DNA of 64,000 bases from the NCBI GenBank assembly GCA_002633005.1, contig NMRA01000318.1, positions 428,145 to 492,144 on the forward strand, written 5' to 3'. Under the pieces are notes generated by a model. It was not told the DNA's origin. It saw only the letters and a program-made list of their open reading frames with translations, and made no database searches. Positions 37,801 through 50,699 of the stretch are shown in pieces; position 1 is the first letter of the stretch, and each line of letters opens with the position of its first letter. Made by a program: the position numbers and the translations under genes. Source of the stretch: Phoronis australis. Its lineage: Eukaryota; Animalia; Phoronida.

Positions 37801-40307
37801 TTGGTACTCTATAACAGGATGTATCTACAGTAATCAATGTTGGCAGATTGTTGCGACCTCTACAACGACTACAATATGTATGACACCAACGCTATTAAGT
37901 AGAACTGCATCCCACTTCAGCCAACAAAAAACAGTTCTGTTGATGTACGTTTTACTCACACACTTTTAAAAAGCATTACATGTTATCAAAATAATATTTA
38001 CGCAAAAAAACAATGAAAACACCATTTGCATAAGTGAAAGGCGCCAATCTTCGAACACTATCTTAGCAAGTAAATTATATTATATCATTAGAGCATTGCA
38101 AATTACCAAAAATGATCAATTTAGGGTAACAAATCAAAACTCTAAGTATATGATAAATGTTGATCAATGTTCAATTTTTGCCTGTCACTTGTCTCAGTGA
38201 ATATAGAGTAACACAGCAATTGAGTTGCACATGACTTTACTTCAATGTGGAGGAGGGCCGTATGAGATCAGGGCGAGATATTGTTTGTAGACGAGTGCTT
38301 CTGACCAAACTGAACTTATGCGTTGATTTGACACATTTCTATGGCCCTATAGTGTGTCCTGATTGTGATATCTGATGAGTACCCCTGGTAAAAGTCGAGC
38401 GGTGAAATTAATTCATTATTAAGACACACTTTTTTCTCTACTTTTGCCTACTATTTGCCTCACAATTCCTAATTTATCATACTTTTTGTTTTCCAAATCT
38501 CCAAACCGTTCTCATAGTTAGTCGTTGAATTGAAACAGCTTGAAAATCTTAGTTCATCATTTGTTTAAAGTAAACGTAATCTATTTTTCAGGGATAAAAG
38601 ACGACCTATGCTGCAGAGTGAACAAGATGAGGATTGTGAATAATGTCATTTATTATGATGTATAGTAGAACTAAAGAAGACTCTGCAAGATGGGCATGGA
38701 ATAAACGCCACCGGCGTGTACATAGAAATGACCTTAATAATGGAACAAAAATAATACAATTTAGAAAAGCCTGAAGGGCTTAACATATACGGAATAAAAT
38801 AAAATTAAAAATAAAAATAGGCACCGGGGATGGCGGGTGGGAAAAACACTGATAAAAACTGGCGTTGAGGTCTTTTGGACAACGAAGTAGGTGGCTGAAT
38901 GACCACGCTATACTGAAGAAAGGAAATATGAATGACCAACCAGGTGTCGAGTGTAGAGGTGTATGAATACAAAAGTAGACTGCGGAGGATATTAATAGAA
39001 ATGGGTAATGTTAAGTAAATCCTAATGGTTGATGTAAAAGTAAAAGTGACAAATGACACAATAATGGAGATAAATGCATTTAACAAGTTAAACTTAATTT
39101 ATCGTAATCTATTTGGCCGGTGTACGCCACGAGCTACATGTATGCTGCAGATAAAACAAGATGATGATTGCGAATAATGTCATTTATCATAACGTAAGTA
39201 AAAGGAAATAAAGAAGACTCTGGAAGATGGGCTTGAGGAAAAACGCCATCATGGCAGTGTGGCCATACTGCAGTATGGGAATACTGCCGAGGAAGCGTAA
39301 CCCGGTATTAACAACAATAGGCTATGTACATAAATATAGAAAATGAACAAAGGTATAAGTAAATTTAGTAATATTGAAGTTCGAATGAACTCTGAGATAA
39401 AAGGTACATGGTACTACTGGCTAGAATTTGCAAAGGCTGCAGCGACATTCCTTTGGAGCGCCTGCTGCAGCAACAGACATGCACATGGGAGGAGGTAGGC
39501 TGCAACAACAGACCTGACCTGGGGTTGGGAAGAAATGACGATAGGCTGAAACCACGGACCCGTCGTAGTGGGAGGAGACTGAAAAATAAAGGGATCAAAA
39601 TGGGGAGCTGAAACAACAGACTCCCCGGGAGGTGTCAGATACATGATTATGAGGAAAATGCATACAGTCACGCGGATGTAGATTTTAGTGCCGCTGACGT
39701 TTCAACTCGGCAGCCCCTTTTGCGTAGTCGACGGCGGGCATCGAAGGGTGAGATTCAGCAGAGCGCTAGTTGACTCAACTCTTAAGACTGAAGATTCTAA
39801 CATTTTTCTCCAGTGGCGCGTGTTGAACATTTAACAGACTCACACTTGAATACAGACGAAAATTGACTCAACGTTTTAGTCAGTCATACCACTCAAGTGG
39901 AGAAACGTTTGGGTCCATGCTTCATTATGCGAAACTGCGCCTACACCAGGAATTAGGCGCATGTGGTAATATGTGAAAACTTAGTGAAAAGCAAGTTTTT
40001 CAAATATTATGCAAGTGAGACTTAACATAAGTTATTAAATAAGACGATTTATTAAACATTTGAGGAACACTTCTTTGAAAATGGATTGTTTTGAATAGCA
40101 GAGCATATGCAGTAATGATGCTTGGTGGTACCATCTTACCGAGACTCCGTATCATGAGCTCGTAAACAAGTAGCGGGATTGTGCAATTTATGTGTACTGT
40201 ACTCATATACGATGGATATTATCATTCATCTAGATGGGTAAAAATTATAAATCACATTTTCTGGAATTTAATGCAAAACAACAATCCCGACGTTGCGGAG
40301 CCGCCTG

Positions 40308-40691
40308 TGCCCGATTGTATAGAGCAGTCTCAAATAGAGACTCAACTAAGTTCCCTAAAATATTTGTGGGCTTGTGAAACAATGAATGCCCTCTCTTATG
40401 CTGTTTGAGTATCATTACTAAGCCAGTTTTGGCTTGCATACAAATCGAGAGTGAACTCGGCGCTGAATTCTAAATATTATTGGAAATACGTAAGGATCTT
40501 TTCATGCAACGCTCCTAAATTAAGGACTAAGTCCCTAATTACTTAGATTGAATTAAGTCAAACAGGAGCTTATAATAAAGATAAAACGATAGATAAATGT
40601 TTCATCTCTGAACAAATAACGAAACAAATACGCAAAATATTTAGGGAACTTAGTTGAGTCCCTGTTTGGGACTGTTTCATGCAACTAAGGC
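40308..40691 (-). mobile_element. MITE family 2 (PIF/Harbinger-like), long TIRs, CTG TSD
   Basis: ~50-bp TIRs (GAGACTCAACTAAGTTCCCTAAA / TTTAGGGAACTTAGTTGAGTC) with CTG on both flanks. Inverted homolog of 58198-58953. Confidence 0.75.
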
Positions 40692-41424
40692 CTGGCTCCT
40701 ACTTTGGATTGACGACCAAAGAAATAAATTAAAGTATAGCTCATTATTGATGGCTGACTGGTCTCCCGAAAATTTCGATGATTACAGACAAAAACCATAA
40801 TGCCTTGGACAATGATTCAAACAACTTAAATCTGACAACTCCACGTCGATTCAAGGAGGTGTTCTTGGTTTAAACCAAACAGCCTCTCTGACACCTCGTT
40901 CGAACCGCGAACCCTCTCTATCCCAAGCGCGTGCACAACCTAAAAAAGGGAGCGTTGATTTCTAAATTGGATTGCATACGCATGTAGATTACTAAAGAAA
41001 CCAACTGAGCGCACGTGTTACTTTCGTGCTTAAATTAATTGTTGTAAAATTGCCGTCGCATATGCCTAGAACGTGAGCGCAATAAACCCAAGATAACGTC
41101 TTTATCAGCATCTGGACGAATAAATTATTTCATACTTTTATTTATTTAAGTAACACCACAAAAGACCCTGACTTCTGACTCTGACAGCAACTTACTGAAA
41201 AATTACATGTACGGTATGCCTACGTGATGTAACATGGCTCCTGAAACGGAGATGGCTATTTGTAAGTGCAGCATAGGCCCCTACGTGTTGCTATGTTTGG
41301 AAAATGAAGGTCTCGTTGTCATTGAACATTAATGTTCTAACTTCACGTGATTGCTAAACTGCCCATGGAATATGCAGCACACTTTTTCTACGTTATTTAC
41401 TGGTCGTCGAAATTCAAAACGACA

Positions 41425-43135
41425 CTTCTGAGTTGAAGACTACGTGGATGCCTTCTGGCAAATCTCGACAACACTTCTGAGAGGTCTATCGGCATGTTGT
41501 AATGAATATGTATCAATGCAAGTGCCGATGGAGGATCGTCAGTGGCGGATCTACGATACAATAAGGAAGGGCCAACATCCGAAGATGACGTCTCGGGTAA
41601 TTGGGCAAAGCATGATTGTGTTTGCAGCAGAGATCCGAAAGTTGCGGGGACCGGTCTTGTGACCCTTCTGTTCGGAATACCTTGTCCGCTACCGTTCCTG
41701 GTTACTCAGCATTTCCTCACGCTTTGCGCCGTTGCTGTTCCAATTTGCTTTCGGCAGCCTAAATCCGCCTATGATCGTCATTCATACAAGCGCGTGTAGA
41801 GACGTCTCAAAGTACTTGCACTTCGCTCACATCCATTACTAGTGACAGGTAGTGTGAATCTGATACGCAATAGCGTATGGATGTTGGGGTACATCATGTC
41901 ATCGCATGGTTCAAGCGCTGTCCTCAGTGTTGAAGGAAGTTGATCTTCAGGCATGACCCACAACTGGACGCGCCATTTCAGTAACTTGTCGTCAACTGCA
42001 TCTGGAGATGGAAGATCTGCAGCGTATGTGGTTAAGGCCGATGTTTGGTTTCTACATGGTGGTCATAGCAGTAAGAACGACACTAATCACAGTGGCCACT
42101 CTTCTGTGTAGCTCACTGAACCGCGTTTCGAGGTGTTTTCTAACGTGTACAATAAATGGTTGATCCTGCAATATTGCTCAGGAAGAAGATCCAACACTGT
42201 GTCACTATTACCCCGGTTGTGCTGGACGCCATGGTGAAAGGTCTTCCTTCCCAGCCATACCCTAGGCAAACGCGCAAACACTGCTGAACGACGAATCCAG
42301 AGCTATATGATCGCACACAGGACAGGTCTCGCTTATCATGTTATAGGCACTTACAATATCAAGTTCGCGACCTTGCGACATTGTGGTTATCCCATAAGTG
42401 GCTCACAAACTTGTACACCACTGCGAAATTTACCAAAAAGATCAAAGGAAGGTATAGCATGTAAAATACTGGCTGCTCTACCCCTGTCTTCACCTCACTA
42501 AGAACGATAGAAATCGGGATTGTAGCATCCAACGTGCAGGATGTTGCTCGAACCAACGTGTTTTTACACAAGTCGATGATGTGCTTTTTGCTCCCGCTGC
42601 TTGAGCAATATCAACGAGGATTCGCCCATTTTTGGGAAAAATAAGCACGTTTCTTTTAACTTATAAGTCTTGTTGCGGATGCTGTATATGGAACATGACT
42701 GCGCTATTACCAGACTCAAACAATGTGATGAACAGTGCACGTAAAATGCTAAAGGGGCTTTCTTTCTTATGAGAGCCTGTGAGCCGTTCTGAGCACTGGA
42801 CATATTAGAAGCGCCGTCGTATGTCGGCCCTCTCATGTTGCTCATGTCCATTTTCAAGTCATCGAGTAATACTCGCTGTATTTCATTCTCAATGTGGTCT
42901 CCTGTAATCATCTTAAGTGTATTGAGCCCCTGGTGGACCTTTATACGCATTCCACCGCATGGCTCGAGCTCCCGTGTTATTCATCGATATTACAGCTATG
43001 AATCGTGCATTCGCGGAATTGAACAGAAGATTGACTCCTTTGTCTGCTTTTTCAGAGGTGTACTTTTTTGCTCTCTTCGTCAAATGGATGGCTCCTTCTA
43101 GCCCCCCGAGCCTCCCTCCCCCGAGTACGCACGTG
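41425..43135 (-). mobile_element. hAT transposase pseudogene (PRKRIR/ZMYM1-like), internally deleted
   Basis: MRGPTYDGASNMS..YVHCSSHCLSLVI (DUF4371 region) and YPNIHTLLRI..TLPVTSNGCERSASTLRRL..SALALIHIHY..RFARRHPR (hATC dimerisation). GC-rich terminus at 43135. Confidence 0.9.
41540..41773 (+). mobile_element. MITE family 1 inserted in the hAT transposase, 5-bp TSD ATCGT
   Basis: TIR CAGTGGCGGATCTA / TAAATCCGCCTATG. ATCGT at 41535-41539 and 41774-41778. Confidence 0.88.
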
Positions 43136-43483
43136 AATAAGTATCCCGACGTCCGCTATGTTAAACGAGAGTCACTAAGGTGATCGAACGCTGCAGAGTT
43201 TATAGGTGAATTTGTTACACAAATATCTGAAGACGCTGTCATTTTCTCACTTATTGTATACAATACACTTTTGCAAAATATGGCACAATCCTTTCTAGAT
43301 GTATCTTGTACATTTAGCAATACCACTTGTATTTATTTCTTATTTCCCTTGTAAAAATTGGTCCTTACGATTCACTTTTATTTGTAGAACTCGTTATTTT
43401 CTTTGAAAAATTATTGTGTCCTTTTTAGAGCAAGGCTTCGTTACCAAACTGCGAGATATTAGGAGCAAACGACACCAACTAGA

Positions 43484-44100
43484 TGTTCATGATTCTCAAA
43501 GCCGCTGTTCAAACTAGCGACTTTCACATCATCACTGAGGGCCCTCATGGACAGCAATGTGAGGTGATGGGGCTACCCTCATTGTAAATATTACATTTAC
43601 AAATAAATAAATGAATAAATAATTGACGGAATGGAAAAGCAGTTATTGCTTTTTGAAAAAGAAAAACGTTCGTATAAAATACTTATACCAGCCATGGTGA
43701 GAATGCTAAAAGAACAGAGTTCTTTCATAAATGTTTCGGTTCCTTGTGTAATCAAAAGTGAAAGTCATGGAGTTAAATTCCTTCTCCTTGAAGACCTGTC
43801 CTCCCATGGATTCTTTCTTAAAAATTTTGACAACAAATTCGATTACGATAACTGCAAACTCGCTGTCGAAGGAATAACCACGCTTCAAGTGCCATCTTTG
43901 GTGTTAGGTCAGGGTGAGGTTGAAAATTTTGGATTGATTTTGAAAGAAAGTTGTGAACGACTTCAAATTCATTGACTTGCAGCTAGCAACAGTCGGGTCA
44001 CCTGCAGTTGATCTGGTTATGATGTTATACACGGGCACGACTGAGACTTTTCGGAGACAAAACTTGAATAAAATTCTCTGTGACTATTACGTCAAATGGG
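43484..44100 (+). pseudogene. Ecdysteroid kinase-like (EcKL / CHK-kinase-like) pseudogene
   Basis: FEKEKRSYKILIP..FLLLEDLSSHGF..FDYDNCKLAVEGI, then in another frame from 43959 KFIDLQLATVGSPAVDLVMMLYT..FRRQNLNKILCDYY. The HGD catalytic segment is missing. Confidence 0.8.
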
Positions 44101-47100
44101 ACTATTCGTAAAATTTACATTAACTAGAGGGCGCGCGTGTACTAGTGGTGATAGATTAAGCAGCCTCGATTTCGCAAGCCCTTAAAACACATGGTGAAAT
44201 GGCTTGCAGCCGTGCCAACTGAATCTGAGATTGCGTGAAGAGGGTGCTTCTATGAGAGGAAGTAAGCATTACCTTATACAAAGGTAAGGTTTGTGATTAT
44301 TTTAATGATTATTCAGTGTTTATTCTACAGATGCCTGTTAACTGAGGTATTCGCCGATGTCCACTTCGCGGCAGCCGCAAGTCGGGTTAAGCTTTGTTTG
44401 TTGTGATGTGTGTTACGATTCTTGACGTAGCACTTGGGACCCTTTCGTACACTCAAGCAGTATTACTAATGTTTGGAATGATTTCTAACAGGTTTATCAG
44501 TGACAGTTACATCAATCAATGCTGAATGTTTATGCTGTCAACTCCATATTGGTTAGTGAGTTAAGATTACAATCCAAGTCCAAGCGCAAAAGGTACGTGA
44601 CTAATATCCATTAGACTCTTTACTCCTTATCCTATGTCTTCAGGAAATCTATTACACGTTGAAATGGAAATCTAACATGTCTCCTTTTCACGTGATCTTT
44701 GGTTTTTGGGTTTCAAGGCTTGTACCGTGCAGAGGAGATATGCATCACTTCTGCACCTTCCCAGAATGGACAAAAATTGGTTTAAAGCAGTTGACTGCAG
44801 CTAAACAACAAGATGTTCCCATCCAGTGCAGATATGTTGTCAAAGCGTACTTTCTAGATCGGAGACAACAAGCAAAGCCTCTGAAAAGGGACAGCTATTT
44901 TTAAAGAAAGGTATGTAAGTCGTTTTCTTAATTTACCTATTCAAGCCCTTAGCGGGGGTTGGCATAGGGGGTTGGGGTTGTAAAATTTGGTGCAACTGAA
45001 TGTGTGGAAATGACAGGTAATAGTGTCCGGTGGAAAGAGCATGGTGAGGTAATTCTTAACCATCATGAAGTTTCTTCAAGTTCATTTCATGAAACTGTTT
45101 GATATCAATTGTAAACCGATAAAAATATATTACATTTTCTGAATTCTCAGTGACTGAATAGTCTGAACTCATGTCTTGAAAGGTTGCACGTCGTTTGTAA
45201 ATTCAAATGACTGTCATTTTTGTGAAAACTACATTTTTGATGATGCCTTACGATTTGTAATTACTCTTAAACAACAGAAAGATTATCCATCATTTTTTAA
45301 ATCACTCTAGTCTTCATATCTTCTATTAGGAGAAAAATAAACGTTTGAGAAACGGTTCCCTCAGCCTTAGACCAGAAGTATGCTTGACAGACCCATGAAT
45401 CTGTAATTGGAGCTTAAAATTGATGAAAGTATCAAAAATAAAAAGGCTTGAAAATGGGTAACAAAGGTATGGAATTGTCTAAAATAACTTGCATATTTTG
45501 AAGACAAGTGAGGCATTTAAAGAATATTTATGGCTACGAATGAAAAATAATGACGCAGTTTTATACAATACTTATTATATACACCCTTGCTTTCTGGAAA
45601 TAGTAATTTTTTTTAATTTTGTGTGAAATTGTAGAGCAGTCACCATATCATATTTTTGCAAAACAGGGGTTGCATTTTTGACCAGACCTGGAGTACTTCA
45701 TTATTCATATTTCAATATTTGTTCCAGGTTCAGTGACATTTTAAGGCCACTTCAAGCAGCAACATAGACAAGCTTTGATACTCCTTCCTCTTCCCACAGC
45801 GTTTCCACACACCAGCAGTGATGCATGGCACAATGTACAAGTCAGTGGCCCTGGAAAAATGTGAATCGCAGTACTAAGTTACCATAAGACAATATGCCAG
45901 TGGATTGTTTGTGTATGGAAAGGAACTATATCTGACTGCTAAAGAAGTCAGTCTCGTTTAGTTGGTGAGGATGACATTTCAAAGGCAATATGAGTCGTGT
46001 GGACAATAGCTTATTTACTATCTTGGAAGAAACATGAGGGACTGAATCTGAAGAAGACCTAGTGACACTCTGGACTAGTTCAGGGTCCGATTTTGGACAC
46101 AAAAAGAGTCAAGTGGTATGCTGTTGTGTTTACCTTCAAGGATCTAATTGTGGATGCTACTGAGGCTGAATGAGGTTACATGAAGGAAAGACAGATGCCG
46201 AAAGTGAACCTTTTTACAAGCGCTTCTATAGGCCATTGAAACTAAATCCCAGTGAAATGAAAACCAAAAGCACCTGGTATAACTACCTGTCCTTTCTCAC
46301 TGAGTGACATTAACTTTTCCTTTCAGAAGAAAGGCTTTATACTAATGGTAAAAACTTTTTAATTTGGTACACATTATGGGGAAATGACATTCAGTGACTG
46401 CATCGATTGTCTTATTGTCGGTAGAAAGCCCGTTAATTTTACACTTTGATGATCGAATAAATTTTTCATCAACACGCAAGTTTGTCACTAACTATTGAAA
46501 CCACAATATTTCCTCAGTTTTTAAAGCCCCATACAATGCAGTTGTGCTTATTCTTTATAAAGCTGAAATAATTACGGATTACACTTGCGAATTATTATTT
46601 TCCTGTTGACCTCTAGAAATGTGCAGCGATCAAAATGAAGTATTGCCTTTGTTTGCATTTGATTTGTTTGTGTCTGTAATTATTTTTAGAGCTTTCTTAA
46701 GAAGGCCTTTAACAAATTTAAGGTTTGTGTTAACTTGTCTACAACAAAAATTGCACAATCAAGAAAAGTATGTTTTCAATTATAGCTAGCTGGATAAGAA
46801 TCTGCTATGCACAAGATTCGAGAATAAACAGTTATCAGTGTATTTAAAAACAAAATGGCAAACTGAACAACGACATACATACAAAGAAACAACATTGTTA
46901 AAAACAATTGTAATTTTGTCCATAATCAGGCATATCAAAGGCTGACTTTCTGAATTAGGTTCAATTCTCTCAGGTTATTGCTGAAGGATTGCTTTTCACT
47001 TTGTCCAAAGGGAAAATAGACTTTCAGGCGGCTAGTTTCAGTCGTTTTCTCTCATCTGTACAGAATAGTCAGAGAAATATTAGCAAATTATAAAAGAAAA

Positions 47101-47699
47101 CGCAAGACAAAACTACCTTTGTAAGGCAGAACATACTTGACGTTTCATCTTCATGTTTATATGTAGAAACTTTGTACCCAAGTCTTGTTTAAGATGTGAA
47201 TCAAAATATGTGAAACAGGGCAAAAGTGGTTTAACAATGTGTTTTTTCACGACACCTAAAATCTGCTTCTGACCTAAGTAAAACTAATTCTAGGTGTCAA
47301 TTTTCCAGTGCAATGTTACGACATTTAGTAAATAGCTTATTCATGTTAATTCGGTAACTAATCTGGTAGTCCAGAGTGTGGGGTCCGCTATAAAATAAGG
47401 AAACTCACTCATCTAGAGAATTTTATTGGATATAGCACAGTTTTGAAGAGAAACTGCTGTAAAAAAGTCACCCTTGACTTCTGAGCGTAACGTACCATAC
47501 ACCTCTTATATTTGGCGCACTCCCACCCAGGACAATAATGAGTATGTGCTGCTAGCCTACCCAGCATCCGTGTCCCGGGTGAGTTTCCTAAAAGAAACAC
47601 TTAGTTGCACTCAATAAACCCGTTATTCAGTGGGGTAACTGGTGGGGATAACATCACCGAACGATGTCGATAGAAACTGATTGCTAAAAACTTACCGAG

Positions 47700-47890
47700 C
47701 ACCGTTACGTAGTCTCCCAAAGAAAAAGGAATAGAGCACACACGGGGCTTCGGCATCCACACACTTTTTGTCAGTTGGTTGACCCTTTTGACCGCAATTC
47801 TCCACGCCTGTAGTAGCCTTCATTCTTTTGGGAATTTGTGACCACCTTTCGAAGATTTGAACCCGGGAAAATAGCAATAATAAGGCTTAG
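47700..47890 (-). pseudogene. THAP-domain relic (transposon-derived)
   Basis: PYYCYFPGFKSSKGGHKFPKE*RLLQAWRIAVKR..VWMPKPRVCSIPFSLGDY. Confidence 0.7.
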
Positions 47891-48653
47891 CGCAACGACG
47901 TAATTCGATAACAATTCCGTCTTTTTATCAGCTGTTTACATGCAGACAGCGACGCATGCGCAATTCAATCACCACTAGTACCATTTTCACGAATGACGTC
48001 GCTCTAGTTCGTTGGCGACTAGTCTTCCACATATGGCACATCACATTTACAAAATACCGCGAAAAACGGGTGGTAAGACTGGATCTCGCGAGATCATATC
48101 GGTTCGTATCCGCGCCAAATAAACCTCAGAAAAACGTTTCGTCATTGTTGTAATTTGAATGAGTTTTATAGCAGTTAGGACTATGCTCTTAAAAATGGTA
48201 TCCTTGTACCTGAGAAAATCTGTATTTGTCGACTCGTTTATGTATCAAAATAAAGACTTATCTTCCTTGTCATGCATACTCGGGGAATTCCCTATCAATG
48301 GAATCCCCGAGTAGAATCGCGACGAATGCGGACGATGTTGGAGTACTTGTAGTATTAAGTGAAGCAATTTTAAAACGAAAAACATCATTGATACGGTTTA
48401 GTTATCACTAAGTGAACACAAAAGGTTCACTGTGTGATTAAAATGAAATAAAACTAGCAGAAGAAACACAGTTGACAGGTTAGCTATTTGCGCTACTGAT
48501 GTTCCCACACTGAACTGCAATTTTTTTTGCTTATTAGCCCTGAAGTTCACCAAACTTTAGTAGATCTTTTCCGTGCACTAATTACAATACCAGAACAGCA
48601 AAAAATTTTTGCGAGACATTAGAAGCTAGTGGTGACGTTTTGTAGCACTGTTG

Positions 48654-48975
48654 TAGTGGCGGATCAGGGATACCAGAAGGGGGGCCTAACATGTTGCCTC
48701 AGGGAATTGGGCAGAGTGCAGTTGTGTGTGTGCAGGCGTCCCGAAAGTTGTGGGGGCCCAGAGTATGAACCTTCTGTTCGGGAAATCTATCGACTAAAAA
48801 AAAGTAAAAAATAGAAAAAACGGGAACGAGAGCCCGCCACGATCTGGGGTCTGAGTCCCCCTTTTCTCCAGTACCGGTCGTAGTTATATTTCCTCACGCG
48901 TCGCGCCGTTTCATTTTGTTTGCGGCAGCCAAGGGGGGGTTGGGCCCCTGCCCCCTCCCCCCTAAATCCGCCAGT
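48654..48975 (+). mobile_element. MITE family 1 copy
   Basis: TAGTGGCGGATCAGG ... CCTAAATCCGCCAGT, body similar to the 7486 copy. TSD not recognisable. Confidence 0.75.
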
Positions 48976-50699
48976 TAGTGATATAATTAAAGGAAACTGT
49001 CAAGTAGTGTATGCTAATCATGGAGCTCTGACATCAACAAGTGATGATGTGAAACGCGTGCAAAACAAGGAATTAGCTTCCAAAACAAGGAATTAGCTTC
49101 CAATGTGGCAATTGTGGTAATCAACGAAGGACACATTGCGTTAGAATGGTGAATTTAATGCAGACAAAAATACTTTCAATAACATCTATTCATATCACAA
49201 CAGGGTTCACAGCACCAATTTTTATGCCTTTTCTAATACCCAGCATTTCCAAATCTGAGCCTGGAAGTTTTACGGAAATCTGGGTAAGCTGCAAAAAATA
49301 ATCGAAAACATAAATGTATTCAATGTAGATGCACTAAATAAAAAATGCCTACCACGAGACATGACAAAATGGAATTAACATGGAACCCAGCAGCCCGTTT
49401 AGGTCACCCTGATGTACAAAAATTGGGACAAAGTTGGAAGTCCACATCATTAAAATGAGATTTCCATGGATGATTTTACTGTCAAAATTGCCCTTTATTT
49501 TTTTATTTTTGATAGAGTAACGCCATCAGTGATAGTGTTATCAAAGCAACAAATGTACAGAGAACATCATGTAGGCATGCATTCTTAACCTTAACTATAT
49601 ATAAGAAATCCAAAATCTGTAACATTTTAAATGTTTATGTAAAAGTAATCCTGTATTATACATTGACGTTAGATGCTAAAGCCACAATTGTTACGTTTCA
49701 TTATCTCGTTAAACCATTTATTTTTTCCAAAACACATGTAAACAATAACATTTTATCACATGGCACAAGTTGCCTTGGTATGGTATCAGTCTAACCAATA
49801 AAGATATTATTCTTTGATCAAAACCCCCTTAAGCATATTAAGCCTGAGATCATTCAGTGGCTAACTCACTATGCAACTGATTTTAACATTACACACACAC
49901 ATCATTTCTTGTGAAAAAAAAAACTCATAACTTACATATCAGAAAGTTACTCAAGATTTTTAAATCGAAAGCATTATGTCATGACTCTTTCACCACACGG
50001 GTACTGCCACTATTATCATCTGCTTCAGAGTTATTAACTGAAATGGACTATTGATATCTGTTGTCACTTATGACTTTTACCTTTCGTAACGGACATTTTT
50101 AAGCTGGTGTAAACTACCACACCATTACTTAAGATCAAAAAACTAAACAATAAATTGTCATCACTTTTACAACCTGTTTTCTTAAAGCAGATCTTATAAA
50201 CAAGAACAGTCATCCATCAGTTTTACAGTTAACTACACACTGAATTTCAAAAATTAATTACGCAAAAAATTCTCTAGTTTGAGACAGTGAATGATTATTC
50301 TGATCAAAGTCGGAGCTTGTCCCAATTTTTACAAATTCACACGTCTGTCAAAAATTCAAGGGGAATGGTAACAATTCATTAAATATTTGCCATGAGAGTC
50401 ACTTTTTATGAACTTACAGGAGCATTCTTGCAACCTGTTATGCTACAACATAGCGTTAGGAATTTGAAAAGTACGAAAATATACAAATCACTCACGCCTC
50501 AAATTTCAGGAGGAAAAAATTGAATTTCAGCCATGATTTCTGTGTTCTGAATTGAGGATCTGTCTCAATCTGGAGAATTTTTAATGTAATATATCACCGA
50601 TCTAATGGCTATCATCATCTATGTCACATTTGCTAAAAATATGTGTCCAAAACAATTATAAGCTATAAATGTGATCCATCTCTTGCAATGAAAAATGTT

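Noticed and set aside
38372-38420. Hammerhead-like CTGATGAGTACC..GGTA
   Set aside because: No correctly placed GAAA or stems I and III; at best a badly decayed relic.
44660-44915. SWIM/YqaJ-type transposon accessory exon (KAYFLDRR / SKASEKGQLFLKKG)
   Set aside because: Similarity too short to support a call.
49061-49101. Exact 20-bp tandem duplication (also a 27-bp one at ~59933-59987)
   Set aside because: Ordinary slippage duplications.
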